The notes under the pieces are model-generated. The model ran no database searches and was not told the DNA's origin. It was given only the letters and a program-made list of their open reading frames with translations. Positions 39,102 through 50,014 of a DNA stretch of 64,000 nt are shown here, in pieces. The stretch's first letter is position 1, and each line of letters opens with the position of its first letter. This DNA comes from an uncultured Bordetella sp. (GTDB lineage: Bacteria; Pseudomonadota; Gammaproteobacteria; Burkholderiales; SG8-41), in assembly GCA_964486865.1 (NCBI GenBank), contig CAZAOZ010000002.1, forward strand, positions 2,381 to 66,380, written 5' to 3'. The translations under genes and the position numbers were made by a program.

Positions 39102-39984
39102 GCAATAACTCCGGCAGGCCCGCTGCGGCAGCGATGCCCTCACGCACCGTCGGATACTGCAGCCGCACGCGCAACTCCTGCTTGACCCGCCGGTTGGCCA
39201 ATTGCCGCGACTCGTTCATGAACGAGTAGAGATTGGCGGGGATCGCGATCTGCGCATCGTCGCGCGCCACGCGCGGCGGCCGCGGCAGATCAAAGCGGTC
39301 GGCAACCATGTCGAAATAATCGCCCATTTTCTGCGGCGCATCGTCGCTGGCGTTGTAGCTGCGATTGGCCTGCCCGCGACGCAGTGCCGCCACCACCATG
39401 CGCGCCAGGTCATCGGCATGCACGTGGTTTACCCAGGCATCGTCCTGCGGCAGCAATGCCGGGGTGCCGCGCCGGATCCGCGTAACGGGAAGGCGATCCG
39501 CAGCGTAAATGCCCGGCACCCGGAGGATGCTGACGCGCACGCCCGTACGCGCGCCCCAATCCCGCAACCGCTGCTCGGCATCGGCGCGCCGTCGCGCGCG
39601 ATCGGTCTGCGGCCGCAGCGGGCGCGTCTCGTCGATCCACTCGCCGCCGCAATCGCCATACACGCCGCTCGTGCTGATATAGACAAAGTGCTGTGGTAAG
39701 CTCCTGCCCCGCGCGAGGGCCGCGATCAGATGCGCAGTGCGGGTATCGACACGGCCGCTGCCGGGCGGCGGCGCAAGATGAATCACCTCGTGCGCAAGAC
39801 CCGACAAACCGGCCAGAGTGTCCGCCTGGTCCAGATCGCCGGCGAGCGGGATCAGGCCACGCGCACGTAACGGGGCAAACCGCTCCGCGCTATGGGTCAG
39901 CGCGTAGATGCGATAGCGCGATTGCAGCAGTAATGCAACACGCAGGCCCACGTCGCCGCAACCGATGATCAGCAGGCGTTTCAT
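39091..39984 (-). CDS. NAD-dependent epimerase/dehydratase (extended SDR) family protein
   Basis: ORF 39091..39984. N-terminal Rossmann motif MKRLLIIGCGDVG. Confidence 0.7.
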   Translation of the reverse strand: MKRLLIIGCGDVGLRVALLLQSRYRIYALTHSAERFAPLRARGLIPLAGDLDQADTLAGLSGLAHEVIHLAPPPGSGRVDTRTAHLIAALARGRSLPQHFVYISTSGVYGDCGGEWIDETRPLRPQTDRARRRADAEQRLRDWGARTGVRVSILRVPGIYAADRLPVTRIRRGTPALLPQDDAWVNHVHADDLARMVVAALRRGQANRSYNASDDAPQKMGDYFDMVADRFDLPRPPRVARDDAQIAIPANLYSFMNESRQLANRRVKQELRVRLQYPTVREGIAAAAGLPELLHGR

Positions 39985-40062
39985 AATGCAGTGTCCGTGT
40001 CGCGCTTCATCATACTGTCCTATTTTAGCTCAGCCACTCTCTTGAATTCCGGAACAACCGGC

Positions 40063-41073
40063 ATGTCACGACAAATCACCCTCAGCCCGAGCGGCCACGT
40101 ATTGCAGGCGCTGGACGGCGAAACCATACTCGAAGCCGCATTGCGCGAAGGCTACATGCTGCCTTACGGCTGCCGCAACGGCGCCTGCGGCTCGTGCAAG
40201 GGCAAGGTCATCACCGGCACCGTGGATCATGGCAAATCCCAGGACGCGGCCCTGCCTCCGGCAGAGCGTGTGCTGGGCATGGCGCTGTTCTGCCAGGCCA
40301 AACCGCTGACCGATCTGCAGATCGAATGCCGCGAAATCGGCACCGCCAGGGACATCCCGGTCAGGATACTGCCGTGCCGGGTGCAAACGCTGGAACGGGT
40401 CGCGCCGGATGTGATGCGCATCCGGTTGCGCCTGCCGTCCGCCGAGCGCCTGCAGTTTCTCGCCGGCCAGTACATCGACGTGCTGCTCAAGGACGGCACC
40501 CGGCGCAGCCTGTCGATGGCCAATCCGCCGCACGACGACGATTTGCTCGAGCTGCATCTGCGCAACTACGGCGGAGCATTCAGCACCCACGTGTTTACGC
40601 GGATGAAGGAAAAAGACATCCTCCGTTTCGAAGGTCCGCTCGGCACCTTTTATCTGCGCGAAGACAGCGACCGGCCGGTCGTGCTGCTCGCCGGAGGCAC
40701 CGGTTTCGCGCCGATCAAGGCGATCATCGAGCATGCGCTGCATCAAAAAATCCCGCGCCCGCTGACGCTGTATCGGGGCGCGCGGCGCCCGGCGGATCTG
40801 TATCTCGACGAACTGCCGCAGGGCTGGCAGCGCGAACACGGCCTGCGCTACATCCCGGTGCTGTCGGATGCGACGCCGGAAGACCCGTGGCCGGGGCGCC
40901 GCGGCCTGGTCCATCACGCCGTCATGGAGGATCTGCCCGACCTGTCGGGCTTTGACGTGTATGCCTGCGGCTCACCCGCAATGATCGAAGCGGCGCGCCG
41001 GGATTTCTGCGGCCGTTGCGGCCTGCCGGAATCGTCCTTCTACGCCGACGCCTTCACGCCCTCGGGCGCCTGA
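40063..41073 (+). CDS. 2Fe-2S ferredoxin / FAD / NAD(P)H oxidoreductase (CDP-6-deoxy-delta-3,4-glucoseen reductase-like)
   Basis: ORF 39991..41073 trimmed to ATG at 40063. Plant-type ferredoxin cysteines YGCRNGACGSCKGKV, flavin motif RSLSMAN, and NAD motif LLAGGTGFAP. Confidence 0.8.
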   Translation: MSRQITLSPSGHVLQALDGETILEAALREGYMLPYGCRNGACGSCKGKVITGTVDHGKSQDAALPPAERVLGMALFCQAKPLTDLQIECREIGTARDIPVRILPCRVQTLERVAPDVMRIRLRLPSAERLQFLAGQYIDVLLKDGTRRSLSMANPPHDDDLLELHLRNYGGAFSTHVFTRMKEKDILRFEGPLGTFYLREDSDRPVVLLAGGTGFAPIKAIIEHALHQKIPRPLTLYRGARRPADLYLDELPQGWQREHGLRYIPVLSDATPEDPWPGRRGLVHHAVMEDLPDLSGFDVYACGSPAMIEAARRDFCGRCGLPESSFYADAFTPSGA

Positions 41074-42282
41074 TCAGAACATCCGCCGCCGGCGCCCGCC
41101 GCTCGTCCGGTTGAGCAACCCCACCGCCAGCTCCAGGCTGGCCCGGTAGTGGCGGCGCGCATCGTCCGCGCGCTCGATCCGGTCATGCAGGCGCGCAAGC
41201 TCCAGATGTGCGGAATAGGTCGGCTCTATCGACAGGCTCGCCTCAAGATAGCTTTGCGCCTTGCCCCACAACTGCTGCTGCGCACACAGCCGTCCCAGCG
41301 CCAGCAGCAGCGAACCGTCTTCGCGATGATCCTTCAGCCAGCGCTCGGCCCGCTCGATCTGTCGCACGGTCTCCGGCGCGCCGCATTCCCCATAAAGATT
41401 CACCAGCCCGCTGTCCCATTCAACGTCCAGGCTGCGCTCGATAATCGCCTGCGCTTCGCTGCACAGACCGAGCGCATGGAATGCCGCCGCCGCTGCCGCC
41501 ACCACTGCGGTGTCCCTGCGATAGCGCTCCGGCACCCGCCGCCATACCTCGTTGAGCGCGTCCGCATCGCCCGCCTTGCGTTCGATCCACTGGCTGTACG
41601 CATGGCGGCGCTCGGCATCCGCAAGCGCTTCGCTGAACACGCCGCGCTTTTCCAGCTGGTCGATCAGCGCCGGCACGAATTCCCACAGCCCCGCGCGCTG
41701 CCGGGCGCGCAGCTCGAGCCGCAGCGCCGCGGTGTGTTTTTTCGGTAACGCCGCCAGCGCCGCCAGCGCCTCCTCGGGACGTCGTTCGTCGAGCAGGATC
41801 CGCGCCTCGCTCACCACTTTCGCCGCATCCGGTTTTGCCGGATCAACGGCGAGCCGGGCCAGATAGGCATCGCGGCGCTCCGGTGCACGCAGTTCGTGCG
41901 CCGCACGGGCCGCGATCACCGCGCCCACATTCACTGGTGCGCCGAGTTCCATGGCGCGATTGGCGGCATTCTCGGCGCGGCCGTAGCGGCCGGCAAAATA
42001 ATCCTGCAGCGCTTCAATCAGCGTGTCATGCGCTTTTTCGCCGCGGCGCGCCTCACGCAGGCGCGCCACGCGGCCAGGCAGCTCGATCATCGTGACCAGC
42101 AGCCGCACCAGCAGATAAAGCGCCACAAAACCGGACGCCGCCAGGATCAGCGCAAAATTCAGGGACAACTCGATGCGCCGCCCCGGAAGCGCCACCAGGA
42201 CATAACCGGTATTCATCTGCGCGAGCAGCGTCAGCCCGACCGCGAGCGCGCACAGCAGCAATATCCAGATCAACCAGCGCAT
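41074..42282 (-). CDS. hemY: heme biosynthesis-associated TPR protein HemY
   Basis: ORF 41074..42282. HemY_N-type two-TM N-terminus followed by TPR repeats. Lies downstream of hemX. Confidence 0.82.
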   Translation of the reverse strand: MRWLIWILLLCALAVGLTLLAQMNTGYVLVALPGRRIELSLNFALILAASGFVALYLLVRLLVTMIELPGRVARLREARRGEKAHDTLIEALQDYFAGRYGRAENAANRAMELGAPVNVGAVIAARAAHELRAPERRDAYLARLAVDPAKPDAAKVVSEARILLDERRPEEALAALAALPKKHTAALRLELRARQRAGLWEFVPALIDQLEKRGVFSEALADAERRHAYSQWIERKAGDADALNEVWRRVPERYRRDTAVVAAAAAAFHALGLCSEAQAIIERSLDVEWDSGLVNLYGECGAPETVRQIERAERWLKDHREDGSLLLALGRLCAQQQLWGKAQSYLEASLSIEPTYSAHLELARLHDRIERADDARRHYRASLELAVGLLNRTSGGRRRRMF

Positions 42283-42346
42283 GTGGATCCTGTTTTCCGG
42301 CCGTTCGATGTACAGCGCGCCCGCTTCACCTCACGCCTCAGACGGC

Positions 42347-43429
42347 CTACGCCGGCGCCCTGGCGCGGGATGCGCGCAGCTTGCGCAACGCTTCCAGCGT
42401 ATCCGTCAAATCCGGCGCATCAATCCGCACCGGCGCTCCCTGCAGCTTGCGCAGCGTCGCGGCAGCCGTAATCACCGCGCTGTCGCGAACATCAAAATAA
42501 CGCTCCAGCATGATCAATGCCGCGCGCAAATCAGCCTGGTAACTTTTTGTGTCGCGCGCCAGCAGCGCAACGCGGGCCCCCAGCAGCCGCAGCTTCAGGT
42601 TCTCCCGCAGGAAAAATGCCTGATCGGGCGCCAGCAGCGCAGCGTCCTGCTGATCAACTCGCTGCACACGCACCAGCTGGCGCACCTCCTGCCATGCTTC
42701 GCGCAACAGGCGCTCCCATGCCGGAAGCTCCGCAGCGGCCGGCAGCCGCGCCGATGCCTCGGGACGGGCGCGTGCATCCATCGCCAGCGGCAGCTTTTCA
42801 ACGGCGGCGTACACCTCATCAATCCGGGCGCTGGCGCCATGGACATCGACCAGCGGTAACGCCTTGAGGCGTTCGATGTCGCGGCCGAGTGTCCGCCGCA
42901 ACGCGCTGTAGCGCGGTTGATCCATGCGCTGCAACCGCGCCTCGGCATTTTCCAGGCCGATCAGCGCCGCACGCACATTGCCGGCAACCTGCAGTTGCTG
43001 ACTGGCGAGCAGCACGGATTGTTCGATCTCGGCGACAGCCCATTCGTCGCGGCTGCGCGAAAGCTCCTGATACAACGCTTCGAGCGCGACCTGCTGGCTC
43101 TGCGACTCGCTGAACTTTGCCTCCAGCACGCCCAGTTTGATCTCCGCCTCCTTCAGTGCCGCCGCCGCCTGCTCCGCGCGCAACACGGCGTCCCTGTTGC
43201 GCGTCTCCATGTCGGCCAGCCGGCCGGCGAGCTCGCGGCGCAGGGCATTATCGTCGCCGCGGTCGCGCACCCATTGATACCCCGAGAATCCCACGGCCGC
43301 CAGCGCCAGAACCAGCGCCAGGTTCACGAGCGCGCCGCGGCCCTCATGCGCCAGGCCCGGCGCAAGGCCGGCAGCCGTCTGCCGCGCTTCCGGCGCCGCG
43401 TGCTCCGTTTCGTGCCGTACGTCACTCAT
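42347..43429 (-). CDS. hemX: HemX-family membrane protein (often annotated as putative uroporphyrinogen-III C-methyltransferase)
   Basis: ORF 42347..43429. One TM segment followed by a long coiled-coil. Positioned between hemD and hemY. Confidence 0.75.
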   Translation of the reverse strand: MSDVRHETEHAAPEARQTAAGLAPGLAHEGRGALVNLALVLALAAVGFSGYQWVRDRGDDNALRRELAGRLADMETRNRDAVLRAEQAAAALKEAEIKLGVLEAKFSESQSQQVALEALYQELSRSRDEWAVAEIEQSVLLASQQLQVAGNVRAALIGLENAEARLQRMDQPRYSALRRTLGRDIERLKALPLVDVHGASARIDEVYAAVEKLPLAMDARARPEASARLPAAAELPAWERLLREAWQEVRQLVRVQRVDQQDAALLAPDQAFFLRENLKLRLLGARVALLARDTKSYQADLRAALIMLERYFDVRDSAVITAAATLRKLQGAPVRIDAPDLTDTLEALRKLRASRARAPA

Positions 43430-43472
43430 GTGTGCAGAATAACATGTGTCATTTGCGCCTCGTTATTGCACC

Positions 43473-44249
43473 TCATCGTGTCGCTGCCCACTGTTGCAGC
43501 GCTTCGATCAGCCCTTCGTCCCCCGGCGCGCTCTTGATCACCTGTCCGCAGCCCAGCTCCTGCGCGACAGCGGCGATGCGCGGATGCGGCACGAATACCG
43601 GCGTGCGGCGCAGCCACGACAGTCCGGGCTCGCCGAGCATTTCAGACAGGTTGCGCAAACCCTCGCTGCTGGTGACGATCACCGCATGCACCTCGTCGTG
43701 CGCCCACGCTTTCAGCAACGGCGCGGCATCGGCGCGCGGACGGGCGCGGCGATAACACTCCACATATTCGACCTGCGCGCCGCGTGCAGTCAGCGTGTCG
43801 CCCAGCAGTTCGCGCCCGCCGTCGCCGCGGAATATCACGACGCGCTGCCCGGCGACCGCCTGCAGTTGCGGCAGGGCAAGCAGCCCTTCGCTGTCCATTG
43901 ACCGCGCCGGCGCAATGACTTCGCTGATGCCGAAACGCCGGAGCTCCCTGACGCCGCCCTGGCCGATGGCCGCTGCGGGCAACCCCGGAGGCCAGGCGCG
44001 CCGCGCGGTGAGCCGGCGCATCGTCCGCACTACGGCATTCGGGCTGATGAAAATGGCGAGGCTGCAGGTTTCAATCCGGTCGATGACATCGATCAGCGGC
44101 CGGATATCGGCGGGGTCGAGTATTTCGATTGCCGGGAACAGAATGGCGTGGCCGCCTGCAGCGCGTATGGCCTCGGCCAGGGGCGCCGCCTGGTCCGCGG
44201 GCCGGGTGACCACGATGCCGCATCCGGCGAGCGGGCCGGCGGCGCTCAT
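43473..44249 (-). CDS. hemD: uroporphyrinogen-III synthase
   Basis: ORF 43473..44501 trimmed to ATG at 44249, with an ATGA overlap on the hemC stop ([33 protein letters not shown]...). Confidence 0.85.
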   Translation of the reverse strand: MSAAGPLAGCGIVVTRPADQAAPLAEAIRAAGGHAILFPAIEILDPADIRPLIDVIDRIETCSLAIFISPNAVVRTMRRLTARRAWPPGLPAAAIGQGGVRELRRFGISEVIAPARSMDSEGLLALPQLQAVAGQRVVIFRGDGGRELLGDTLTARGAQVEYVECYRRARPRADAAPLLKAWAHDEVHAVIVTSSEGLRNLSEMLGEPGLSWLRRTPVFVPHPRIAAVAQELGCGQVIKSAPGDEGLIEALQQWAATR

Positions 44250-45199
44250 GTGCGCGGATCGAGCGCCGCGAGGATCTGCGCTGCCCCCTGGCGCTTCAGG
44301 GTATCGGCGAGCGCTGCGCCCAGCGCTTCCGCCCCGGCGGCGGGGCCGCCCGTTTCCGCACGCACGATCCTGGAACCGTCGGGCGCGCCCACCAGCCCGC
44401 GCAACCGCAGATGCGTGCCGCTCAGTTCGGCAAATCCGGCGAGCGGCACATTGCAACTGCCACTCAGGGCGCGCGAGAACGCGCGTTCGGCGACGACGCA
44501 ATCCCGTGTAGGCGCATGCACCAGCGGTGCGAGCAGGGCAACCAGATCATCGCGATCGGCGCGGCATTCGATGCCAAGAGCGCCCTGCCCGACCGCAGGC
44601 AGGCATTCTTCCGGCGTCAGCAACGCCGTAATGCGGTGGGACAGGCCCAGCCGCTTGAGACCCGCCGCGGCAAGGATGATCGCGCCATATTGCCCCTCAT
44701 CGAGCTTGCGCAGCCGCGTCTGCACATTGCCGCGCAGCGGCTCAATGCGCAATTGCGGAAAGCCGGCGCGCAACTGGCATTCGCGACGCAGGCTCGACGT
44801 GCCCACCCGCGTCCCCGGCGGCAATGCGGCGAGGTTCGCATAAGCATTGGCCACGAACGCATCGCGGGGGTCGGCGCGCTCCAGCGTCGCCGCCAGCACA
44901 AAGCCGGGCGGCAGATGCATCGGCACGTCTTTCATGGAATGCACCGCGATGTCCGCACGGCCGTCAGCGAGCGCGTCCTCCAGCTCCTTGATGAACAGAC
45001 CCTTGCCGCCGACCTTGGCAAGGGACGCACCCAGATTCCTGTCGCCCTCGGTGGTCATGCCGAGCAGCGTAACCGTCAGCGCCGGATATAATCGCTGCAA
45101 CCCGGCCTGCACGTGGTGAGCCTGCCACAATGCCAGCGCGGACTCGCGTGTGGCGATCACGAGTGAATCCGGGGCGCGTCGAGCGGTTTTTTGTATCAT
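44246..45199 (-). CDS. hemC: hydroxymethylbilane synthase (porphobilinogen deaminase)
   Basis: ORF 44246..45361 trimmed to ATG at 45199 ([30 protein letters not shown]...[11 protein letters not shown]...). Confidence 0.9.
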   Translation of the reverse strand: MIQKTARRAPDSLVIATRESALALWQAHHVQAGLQRLYPALTVTLLGMTTEGDRNLGASLAKVGGKGLFIKELEDALADGRADIAVHSMKDVPMHLPPGFVLAATLERADPRDAFVANAYANLAALPPGTRVGTSSLRRECQLRAGFPQLRIEPLRGNVQTRLRKLDEGQYGAIILAAAGLKRLGLSHRITALLTPEECLPAVGQGALGIECRADRDDLVALLAPLVHAPTRDCVVAERAFSRALSGSCNVPLAGFAELSGTHLRLRGLVGAPDGSRIVRAETGGPAAGAEALGAALADTLKRQGAAQILAALDPRT

Positions 45200-45218
45200 A
45201 TTGATTATATTGATAAAA

Positions 45219-45689
45219 ATGCGATTCCGGGGTTGGCTGATTGTAGCATGCGCGACGCTGTTCGCAGCGCCGGCGGCGGCGCAACTGGTCGCTGCCGACA
45301 ACCTCGCAGCCATCGCGGCCGAGGCGCGTGCGCGCCGCGTGCCGGTAGTCATTGCGTTCATGCAGCAGTCCTGCCCGTACTGCGCCGTGGCGCGACGCGA
45401 CTACCTGACGGCGCTGCACAACGACCCGCGCTGGAAAAATCGCGTGCTGATTCGTGAAGTCGAGACGGACCGCAGCATTGCGCTGCGCGATTTTTCCGGC
45501 GCCGTGACCACTCACCGCGAATTCGCCCGCGCGCATGAAGTGCGCAGCGTGCCGACCCTCATTGCCTTCGATGCCGACGGCAAGCGCGTATCGCCGCCCA
45601 TCGTCGGCCTGCTGGCTGATGATTTTTACTGGCTGTACATCGAGCAGGCGATCGAGGCTGGAATCACGAAAATGCGGCGCCCCCGCTGA
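45219..45689 (+). CDS. secreted thioredoxin-fold protein (CPYC motif)
   Basis: ORF 45150..45689 trimmed to ATG at 45219 ([22 protein letters not shown] signal peptide; ...[17 protein letters not shown]...VPTLIAFD). Confidence 0.65.
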   Translation: MRFRGWLIVACATLFAAPAAAQLVAADNLAAIAAEARARRVPVVIAFMQQSCPYCAVARRDYLTALHNDPRWKNRVLIREVETDRSIALRDFSGAVTTHREFARAHEVRSVPTLIAFDADGKRVSPPIVGLLADDFYWLYIEQAIEAGITKMRRPR

Positions 45690-46445
45690 TCAGCGCGCCA
45701 GCTCGCGCACCACGTGCTGCTGGCGGCGGCTGACCGGGATGCGCTCATCGAGATCGGCGAGCACCACCTGCCAGCCGCCGTCGCCCGCGTCAGTGCCGGT
45801 TTTCTCAAAACCGCGGATGGCGGCGCGCGCCACCAGGCAGTTGCGATGCACGCGCACAAACCGGGCGCCGAATTCCTGCTCCAGCCGCGTCAGCGATTCC
45901 TCGATCAGGTATTCCCTCTGCGCGGTACGCACCGTGACGTACTTCAGTTCGGCGCGCAGATAACACACATCCTCGACAGGAATCAGATATACCTTGCCGC
46001 GCTCCGCGGCGCTGAGACAGGTGCGCGGCGCCTGCTGCAGTTCGCGCAGCACTTCGGTTTTCGGCGCGCGGACTTGCGCCGCCAGCGCCAGCGCTTCCTG
46101 CAGACGCGCGGCACGGATCGGCTTGAGCAGATAATCCACCGCATGCAGATCAAAAGCCTGGATCGCGTAGGCATCGTATGCCGTCGTGAAAATCACCGCC
46201 GGCGGCGGCTCCAGCTTCTGCAGGTGCTGCGCGACCTCGATGCCGTCCATGCCCGGCATGCGCACATCGAGCAGCACGACGTCGATACCGCCGCCTTCAG
46301 CCCGGCGCAACGCCTCGCGGCCGCCGGCAACGTCTCCGACAATCGTCACCGGCAGCGCAGGATGCACGTCGGCCAGCAGATCGCGCATGCGGTTTCGTGC
46401 CGGCGCCTCGTCGTCAACGATCAGCACGCGCAGCGGCATGCTCAT
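45690..46445 (-). CDS. algR: LytR/AlgR family response regulator (receiver + LytTR DNA-binding domain)
   Basis: ORF 45690..46445 starts MSMPLRVLIVDDEAPARNRMRDLL and has a C-terminal LytTR domain. The neighbourhood (algZ-like kinase, argH, hemC) mirrors the Pseudomonas algZ-algR-hemC locus. Confidence 0.7.
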   Translation of the reverse strand: MSMPLRVLIVDDEAPARNRMRDLLADVHPALPVTIVGDVAGGREALRRAEGGGIDVVLLDVRMPGMDGIEVAQHLQKLEPPPAVIFTTAYDAYAIQAFDLHAVDYLLKPIRAARLQEALALAAQVRAPKTEVLRELQQAPRTCLSAAERGKVYLIPVEDVCYLRAELKYVTVRTAQREYLIEESLTRLEQEFGARFVRVHRNCLVARAAIRGFEKTGTDAGDGGWQVVLADLDERIPVSRRQQHVVRELAR

Positions 46446-47461
46446 GGCTGCCCGGCCTTTACATACGGCATGGCCATGTGCACCTCATAAGTATCGTCGC
46501 TCACTTTGGCAGTCAGCTCCGCCGCCACGTCAAAATGCAACTGCAGGCGCTCGCGGATATTGGCCAGCGCCATCCTGTTGCCGGTGTGATGATTGCCCGT
46601 AGCCCGGTACGGGTTGCGCAGCACTGCGTGCAGACGGTCGCTCGCCACATAGAGGTTGATGCTGATCGTGCCCGGCGCCTCGCTCGGCTCAATGCCGTGA
46701 TACACGGCATTCTCGAGCAGGGGCTGCAGCGCCAGCGGCGGCACCAGCGCGTCCGGCGGCAGATTCTCGGTATGCCATTCCACCTGCAGGCGGTCACCGA
46801 GCCGCAACTGTTCCAGATCCAGATACTGGCGGCAGAGTTCAATCTCCTGCGCAATCGGGGTCAGCTCCCGGTTGTCCGCCATCAGCGCGCGGAACAGGCC
46901 CGCCAGATCCTCGAGCGCCGCCTCGGCGCGCCGCGGCTCCTGGCGCACCAGCGACAGCACGGCATTCATGCTGTTGAACAGGAAGTGCGGGCGGATGCGC
47001 GCCTGCAGCGCCTGCAGACGCGCTTCGGCCAGCGCCGGGGACAACGCGCGGCCGCGCAAATCGAAATAGACCAGCAGCATGCCGGTGATTCCCGCGACGA
47101 TGGCCAGCCAGCGCGGCAATGACTCTGCCTGGAGTATGAACGTCGCGTGGCTGCCGTAATGCAGTGCCGCCGTCAGTGCAAGTTCGATGGCGAAGACCAC
47201 GCCGATGGCCGGCACATAAGGCAGGCGGCGCAGGAATGTACTGCAGGCGGCGAGCACCAGCATGCTCAGCAGCAGCAGCGGCTCGACCAGTGCGGCGATC
47301 TCGGTAAACCGTGCCGGCCAGTCCTGCAACCGGGAAACCTGCAGCAGCGCCGCCAGAGCGGCGATGCCATTCACGATCACCAGCACCCGCAGCAGGATTC
47401 CGGAATTGCGGAAGTCCGGCAGGGCGCCGGTGTTGGCATTATGATTTATACTCCGCGCCAT
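46442..47461 (-). CDS. algZ: LytS/AlgZ(FimS)-type sensor histidine kinase
   Basis: ORF 46442..47461. Four to five N-terminal TM segments and a His_kinase (PF06580-like) region LQARIRPHFLFNSMNAVLSLV. ATGA overlap with the regulator gene. Confidence 0.7.
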   Translation of the reverse strand: MARSINHNANTGALPDFRNSGILLRVLVIVNGIAALAALLQVSRLQDWPARFTEIAALVEPLLLLSMLVLAACSTFLRRLPYVPAIGVVFAIELALTAALHYGSHATFILQAESLPRWLAIVAGITGMLLVYFDLRGRALSPALAEARLQALQARIRPHFLFNSMNAVLSLVRQEPRRAEAALEDLAGLFRALMADNRELTPIAQEIELCRQYLDLEQLRLGDRLQVEWHTENLPPDALVPPLALQPLLENAVYHGIEPSEAPGTISINLYVASDRLHAVLRNPYRATGNHHTGNRMALANIRERLQLHFDVAAELTAKVSDDTYEVHMAMPYVKAGQP

Positions 47462-47495
47462 GGCAGTTTCATTCTAGCAGGGCTCACGCAGGCTC

Positions 47496-48911
47496 ATGGC
47501 GGCAAAAGGCAAAACGCGAACCGGCGCCGGCAATGGCGCCACCAAGCCCTGGTCGGGACGCTTCAGCGAGCCCGTCGATGATCTGGTCAAACGCTACACG
47601 GCATCCGTGACTTTCGACCAGCGCCTCGCCGAATTCGACATCCAGGGCTCCCTGGCGCACGCACGCATGCTGCATGCGGTCGGCATCCTCTCCGCGGCAG
47701 ACCTTGAAGCCATCGAATCCGGCTTGGCAAAAATCGGCGGCGAAATCCGCAGCGGCGACTTTCCGTGGTCGCTCGACTTGGAAGACGTACATCTCAACAT
47801 CGAGCGCAGGCTGACCGACATGGTCGGCGATGCCGGCAAACGCCTGCATACCGGGCGTTCGCGCAACGATCAGGTGGCGACCGACGTGCGGCTCTACCTG
47901 CGCGCCGCCATTGATCAGATACAGACGCTGGTCAAGAACCTGCAGCGCGCACTGCTCGATCTCGCCGACAAGCATACTGAAACCGTGATGCCCGGCTTTA
48001 CCCACCTGCAGGTCGCGCAGCCGGTGTCGTTCGCCCACCACCTGCTCGCTTACGTCGAAATGCTGTCGCGCGACGCGCAGCGCTACGCCGACTGCCGCAG
48101 GCGCGTCAACCGCCTGCCGCTCGGCGCGGCCGCGCTGGCCGGCACCTCGTTTCCGATCGACCGGCAGATGGTCGCCAAGGAACTCGGATTTGACGGACTG
48201 TGTGAAAATTCGATCGATGCGGTTTCCGACCGCGATTTCGCCATCGAATTCGTCGCCGCCGGCGCGCTGACCATGACGCACCTGTCGCGCTTCAGCGAAG
48301 AACTGATCCTGTGGATGAGCCCGCGCTTCGGCTTCATCGACATCGCCGACCGTTACTGCACCGGCTCGTCGATCATGCCGCAGAAGAAAAACCCCGATGT
48401 CGCCGAGCTGGTGCGCGGCAAGACCGGCCGCGTCAACGGCCATCTGGTTGCGCTGCTGACCCTGATGAAAGGCCAGCCGCTGGCTTACAACAAGGACAAT
48501 CAGGAAGACAAGGAGCCGCTGTTCGACACGGTCGATACGCTGCAGGCGAGCCTCGCGGTGTTCGCCGGCATGGTCGGCGGCATCACGGTCAACGCCGATG
48601 CCATGCGCGCGGCGGCGCTGGAAGGTTATGCCACGGCCACGGATCTCGCCGACTACCTGGTGAAAAAAGGCCTGCCGTTCCGCGAAGCGCATGAAGCCGT
48701 GGCGCAGGCGGTGCGCTTTGCCGAAACGCGGGGTTGCGATCTCTCCGCGCTGGCGCTCGCCGACCTGCGCCAGTTCTCGCCGCTGATCGCAGCGGATGTG
48801 TTCGATGCCCTGACGCTGGAGGGCTCGATGAACGCCCGCAGCCATATCGGCGGCACAGCCCCGGCGCGGGTCAAAGCCGCCATCGCCAAAGCGCGAAAAA
48901 TATTGCTGTGA
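47496..48911 (+). CDS. argH: argininosuccinate lyase
   Basis: ORF 47496..48911 reads ...[26 protein letters not shown]...[12 protein letters not shown] (fumarate lyase signature). Confidence 0.93.
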   Translation: MAAKGKTRTGAGNGATKPWSGRFSEPVDDLVKRYTASVTFDQRLAEFDIQGSLAHARMLHAVGILSAADLEAIESGLAKIGGEIRSGDFPWSLDLEDVHLNIERRLTDMVGDAGKRLHTGRSRNDQVATDVRLYLRAAIDQIQTLVKNLQRALLDLADKHTETVMPGFTHLQVAQPVSFAHHLLAYVEMLSRDAQRYADCRRRVNRLPLGAAALAGTSFPIDRQMVAKELGFDGLCENSIDAVSDRDFAIEFVAAGALTMTHLSRFSEELILWMSPRFGFIDIADRYCTGSSIMPQKKNPDVAELVRGKTGRVNGHLVALLTLMKGQPLAYNKDNQEDKEPLFDTVDTLQASLAVFAGMVGGITVNADAMRAAALEGYATATDLADYLVKKGLPFREAHEAVAQAVRFAETRGCDLSALALADLRQFSPLIAADVFDALTLEGSMNARSHIGGTAPARVKAAIAKARKILL

Positions 48912-48953
48912 TGAATGTTGCTGTGATGCGGCTGGCCTGATCCTGAACGTTTG

Positions 48954-49982
48954 CTAGTCGGGTCGCGGCGCGGCCGCGCTCTCGCGCACCACCAGCTCCG
49001 TCGGCAGCTTGCAGCGCAGATCGACGGCCTTGCCCTCAAGCCGCAGCAGCAGGTGCCGGGCGGCATAGACCCCGAGATCGGTGGTCGGAAAACGCACCGT
49101 GGTCAGCGCCGGCGTCATCAGCGCGGCAATCTCCATGTCGTCGAATCCGGTGATCGAAACGTCCCCCGGCACGGCCAGCCCCTGCACATGGCATTCCGCG
49201 ACCGCGCCGATGGCCAGCACATCGTTGCCGCAGATCACTGCCGTGGGCCGCTCGCGTCCCGCCATCATTTCGCGCAGGCCTTCGCGCCCGCCAGTGTGGG
49301 TATAGGGTTTTTCGACGATGCGGTCCGGCGGCAAGATGACGCCGCGCGCAGCGAGCGCCGCGCACACGCCGGCAAGACGTTCCTGTGCCCGCTCGTTGTG
49401 CGCGGTAATGCCGGAAATCATCGCGAACCGCCGGTGGCCCAGATCGAGCAGGTAGTTGGCCATGCGCACGGCGGCGGCGCGGTTGTCAAAACCGACGCAG
49501 GGATGGTTGCCGCTTTCGTCAAACGCCCAGGTCAGCACATAAGGCACGGCATGCGCTTCCAGCATGCGGTAGATTTCGGGGTGGTGCGTGGTGCCGAGCA
49601 GCACCAGTCCATCTACACCGCGCTCGATCAGCGTGCGCGTGACGCGGGCCTCGATGTCGGCGTTGAACTCGTGGCTCGCCAGCAGCAGCACGTAGCCGGC
49701 GGCATCCAGCGTGCGTTGCAGGGCATGGATGGTATTGGCAAAAATTGCGTTATCGAGCGTGGGCACCACTGCGCCGATGGTGTGCGTGCGCCGCGAAGCC
49801 AGAGCCCGCGCCGCGCCGTGGGCCACATACCCCAGCGTGCGGGCTGCCTGCCGCACCCGCTCCAGCGTGCGCGCCTTGACCTTGTGCGGCAGCGTCAGCG
49901 CACGCGACACCGTCGCAGTCGAGACCTTGGCGAGCCGCGCAACATCGGCAAGCCGGGCCGCCTTGCTGGATCGTGTCTTCAT
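48954..49982 (-). CDS. LacI family transcriptional regulator
   Basis: ORF 48954..50099 trimmed to ATG at 49982 (MKTRSSKAARLADVARLAKVSTATVSRALTLP... HTH, followed by a periplasmic-binding-protein-like core). Confidence 0.85.
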   Translation of the reverse strand: MKTRSSKAARLADVARLAKVSTATVSRALTLPHKVKARTLERVRQAARTLGYVAHGAARALASRRTHTIGAVVPTLDNAIFANTIHALQRTLDAAGYVLLLASHEFNADIEARVTRTLIERGVDGLVLLGTTHHPEIYRMLEAHAVPYVLTWAFDESGNHPCVGFDNRAAAVRMANYLLDLGHRRFAMISGITAHNERAQERLAGVCAALAARGVILPPDRIVEKPYTHTGGREGLREMMAGRERPTAVICGNDVLAIGAVAECHVQGLAVPGDVSITGFDDMEIAALMTPALTTVRFPTTDLGVYAARHLLLRLEGKAVDLRCKLPTELVVRESAAAPRPD

Positions 49983-49988
49983 CGGATG

Positions 49989-50014
49989 AAAAAGCCGGCC
50001 TGCGCCGGCTTTTT
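49989..50014 (-). terminator. rho-independent terminator-like hairpin after the xsc-like gene
   Basis: AAAAAGCCGGC-ctgc-GCCGGCTTTTT. On the minus strand the U-tract ends about 7 nt before the lacI-family ATG. Confidence 0.6.

Noticed and set aside
45150-45218. Longer 179-aa form of the thioredoxin-fold ORF, starting at 45150.
   Set aside because: It would overlap the hemC start on the other strand. The ATG at 45219 gives a canonical signal peptide directly ([22 protein letters not shown]).
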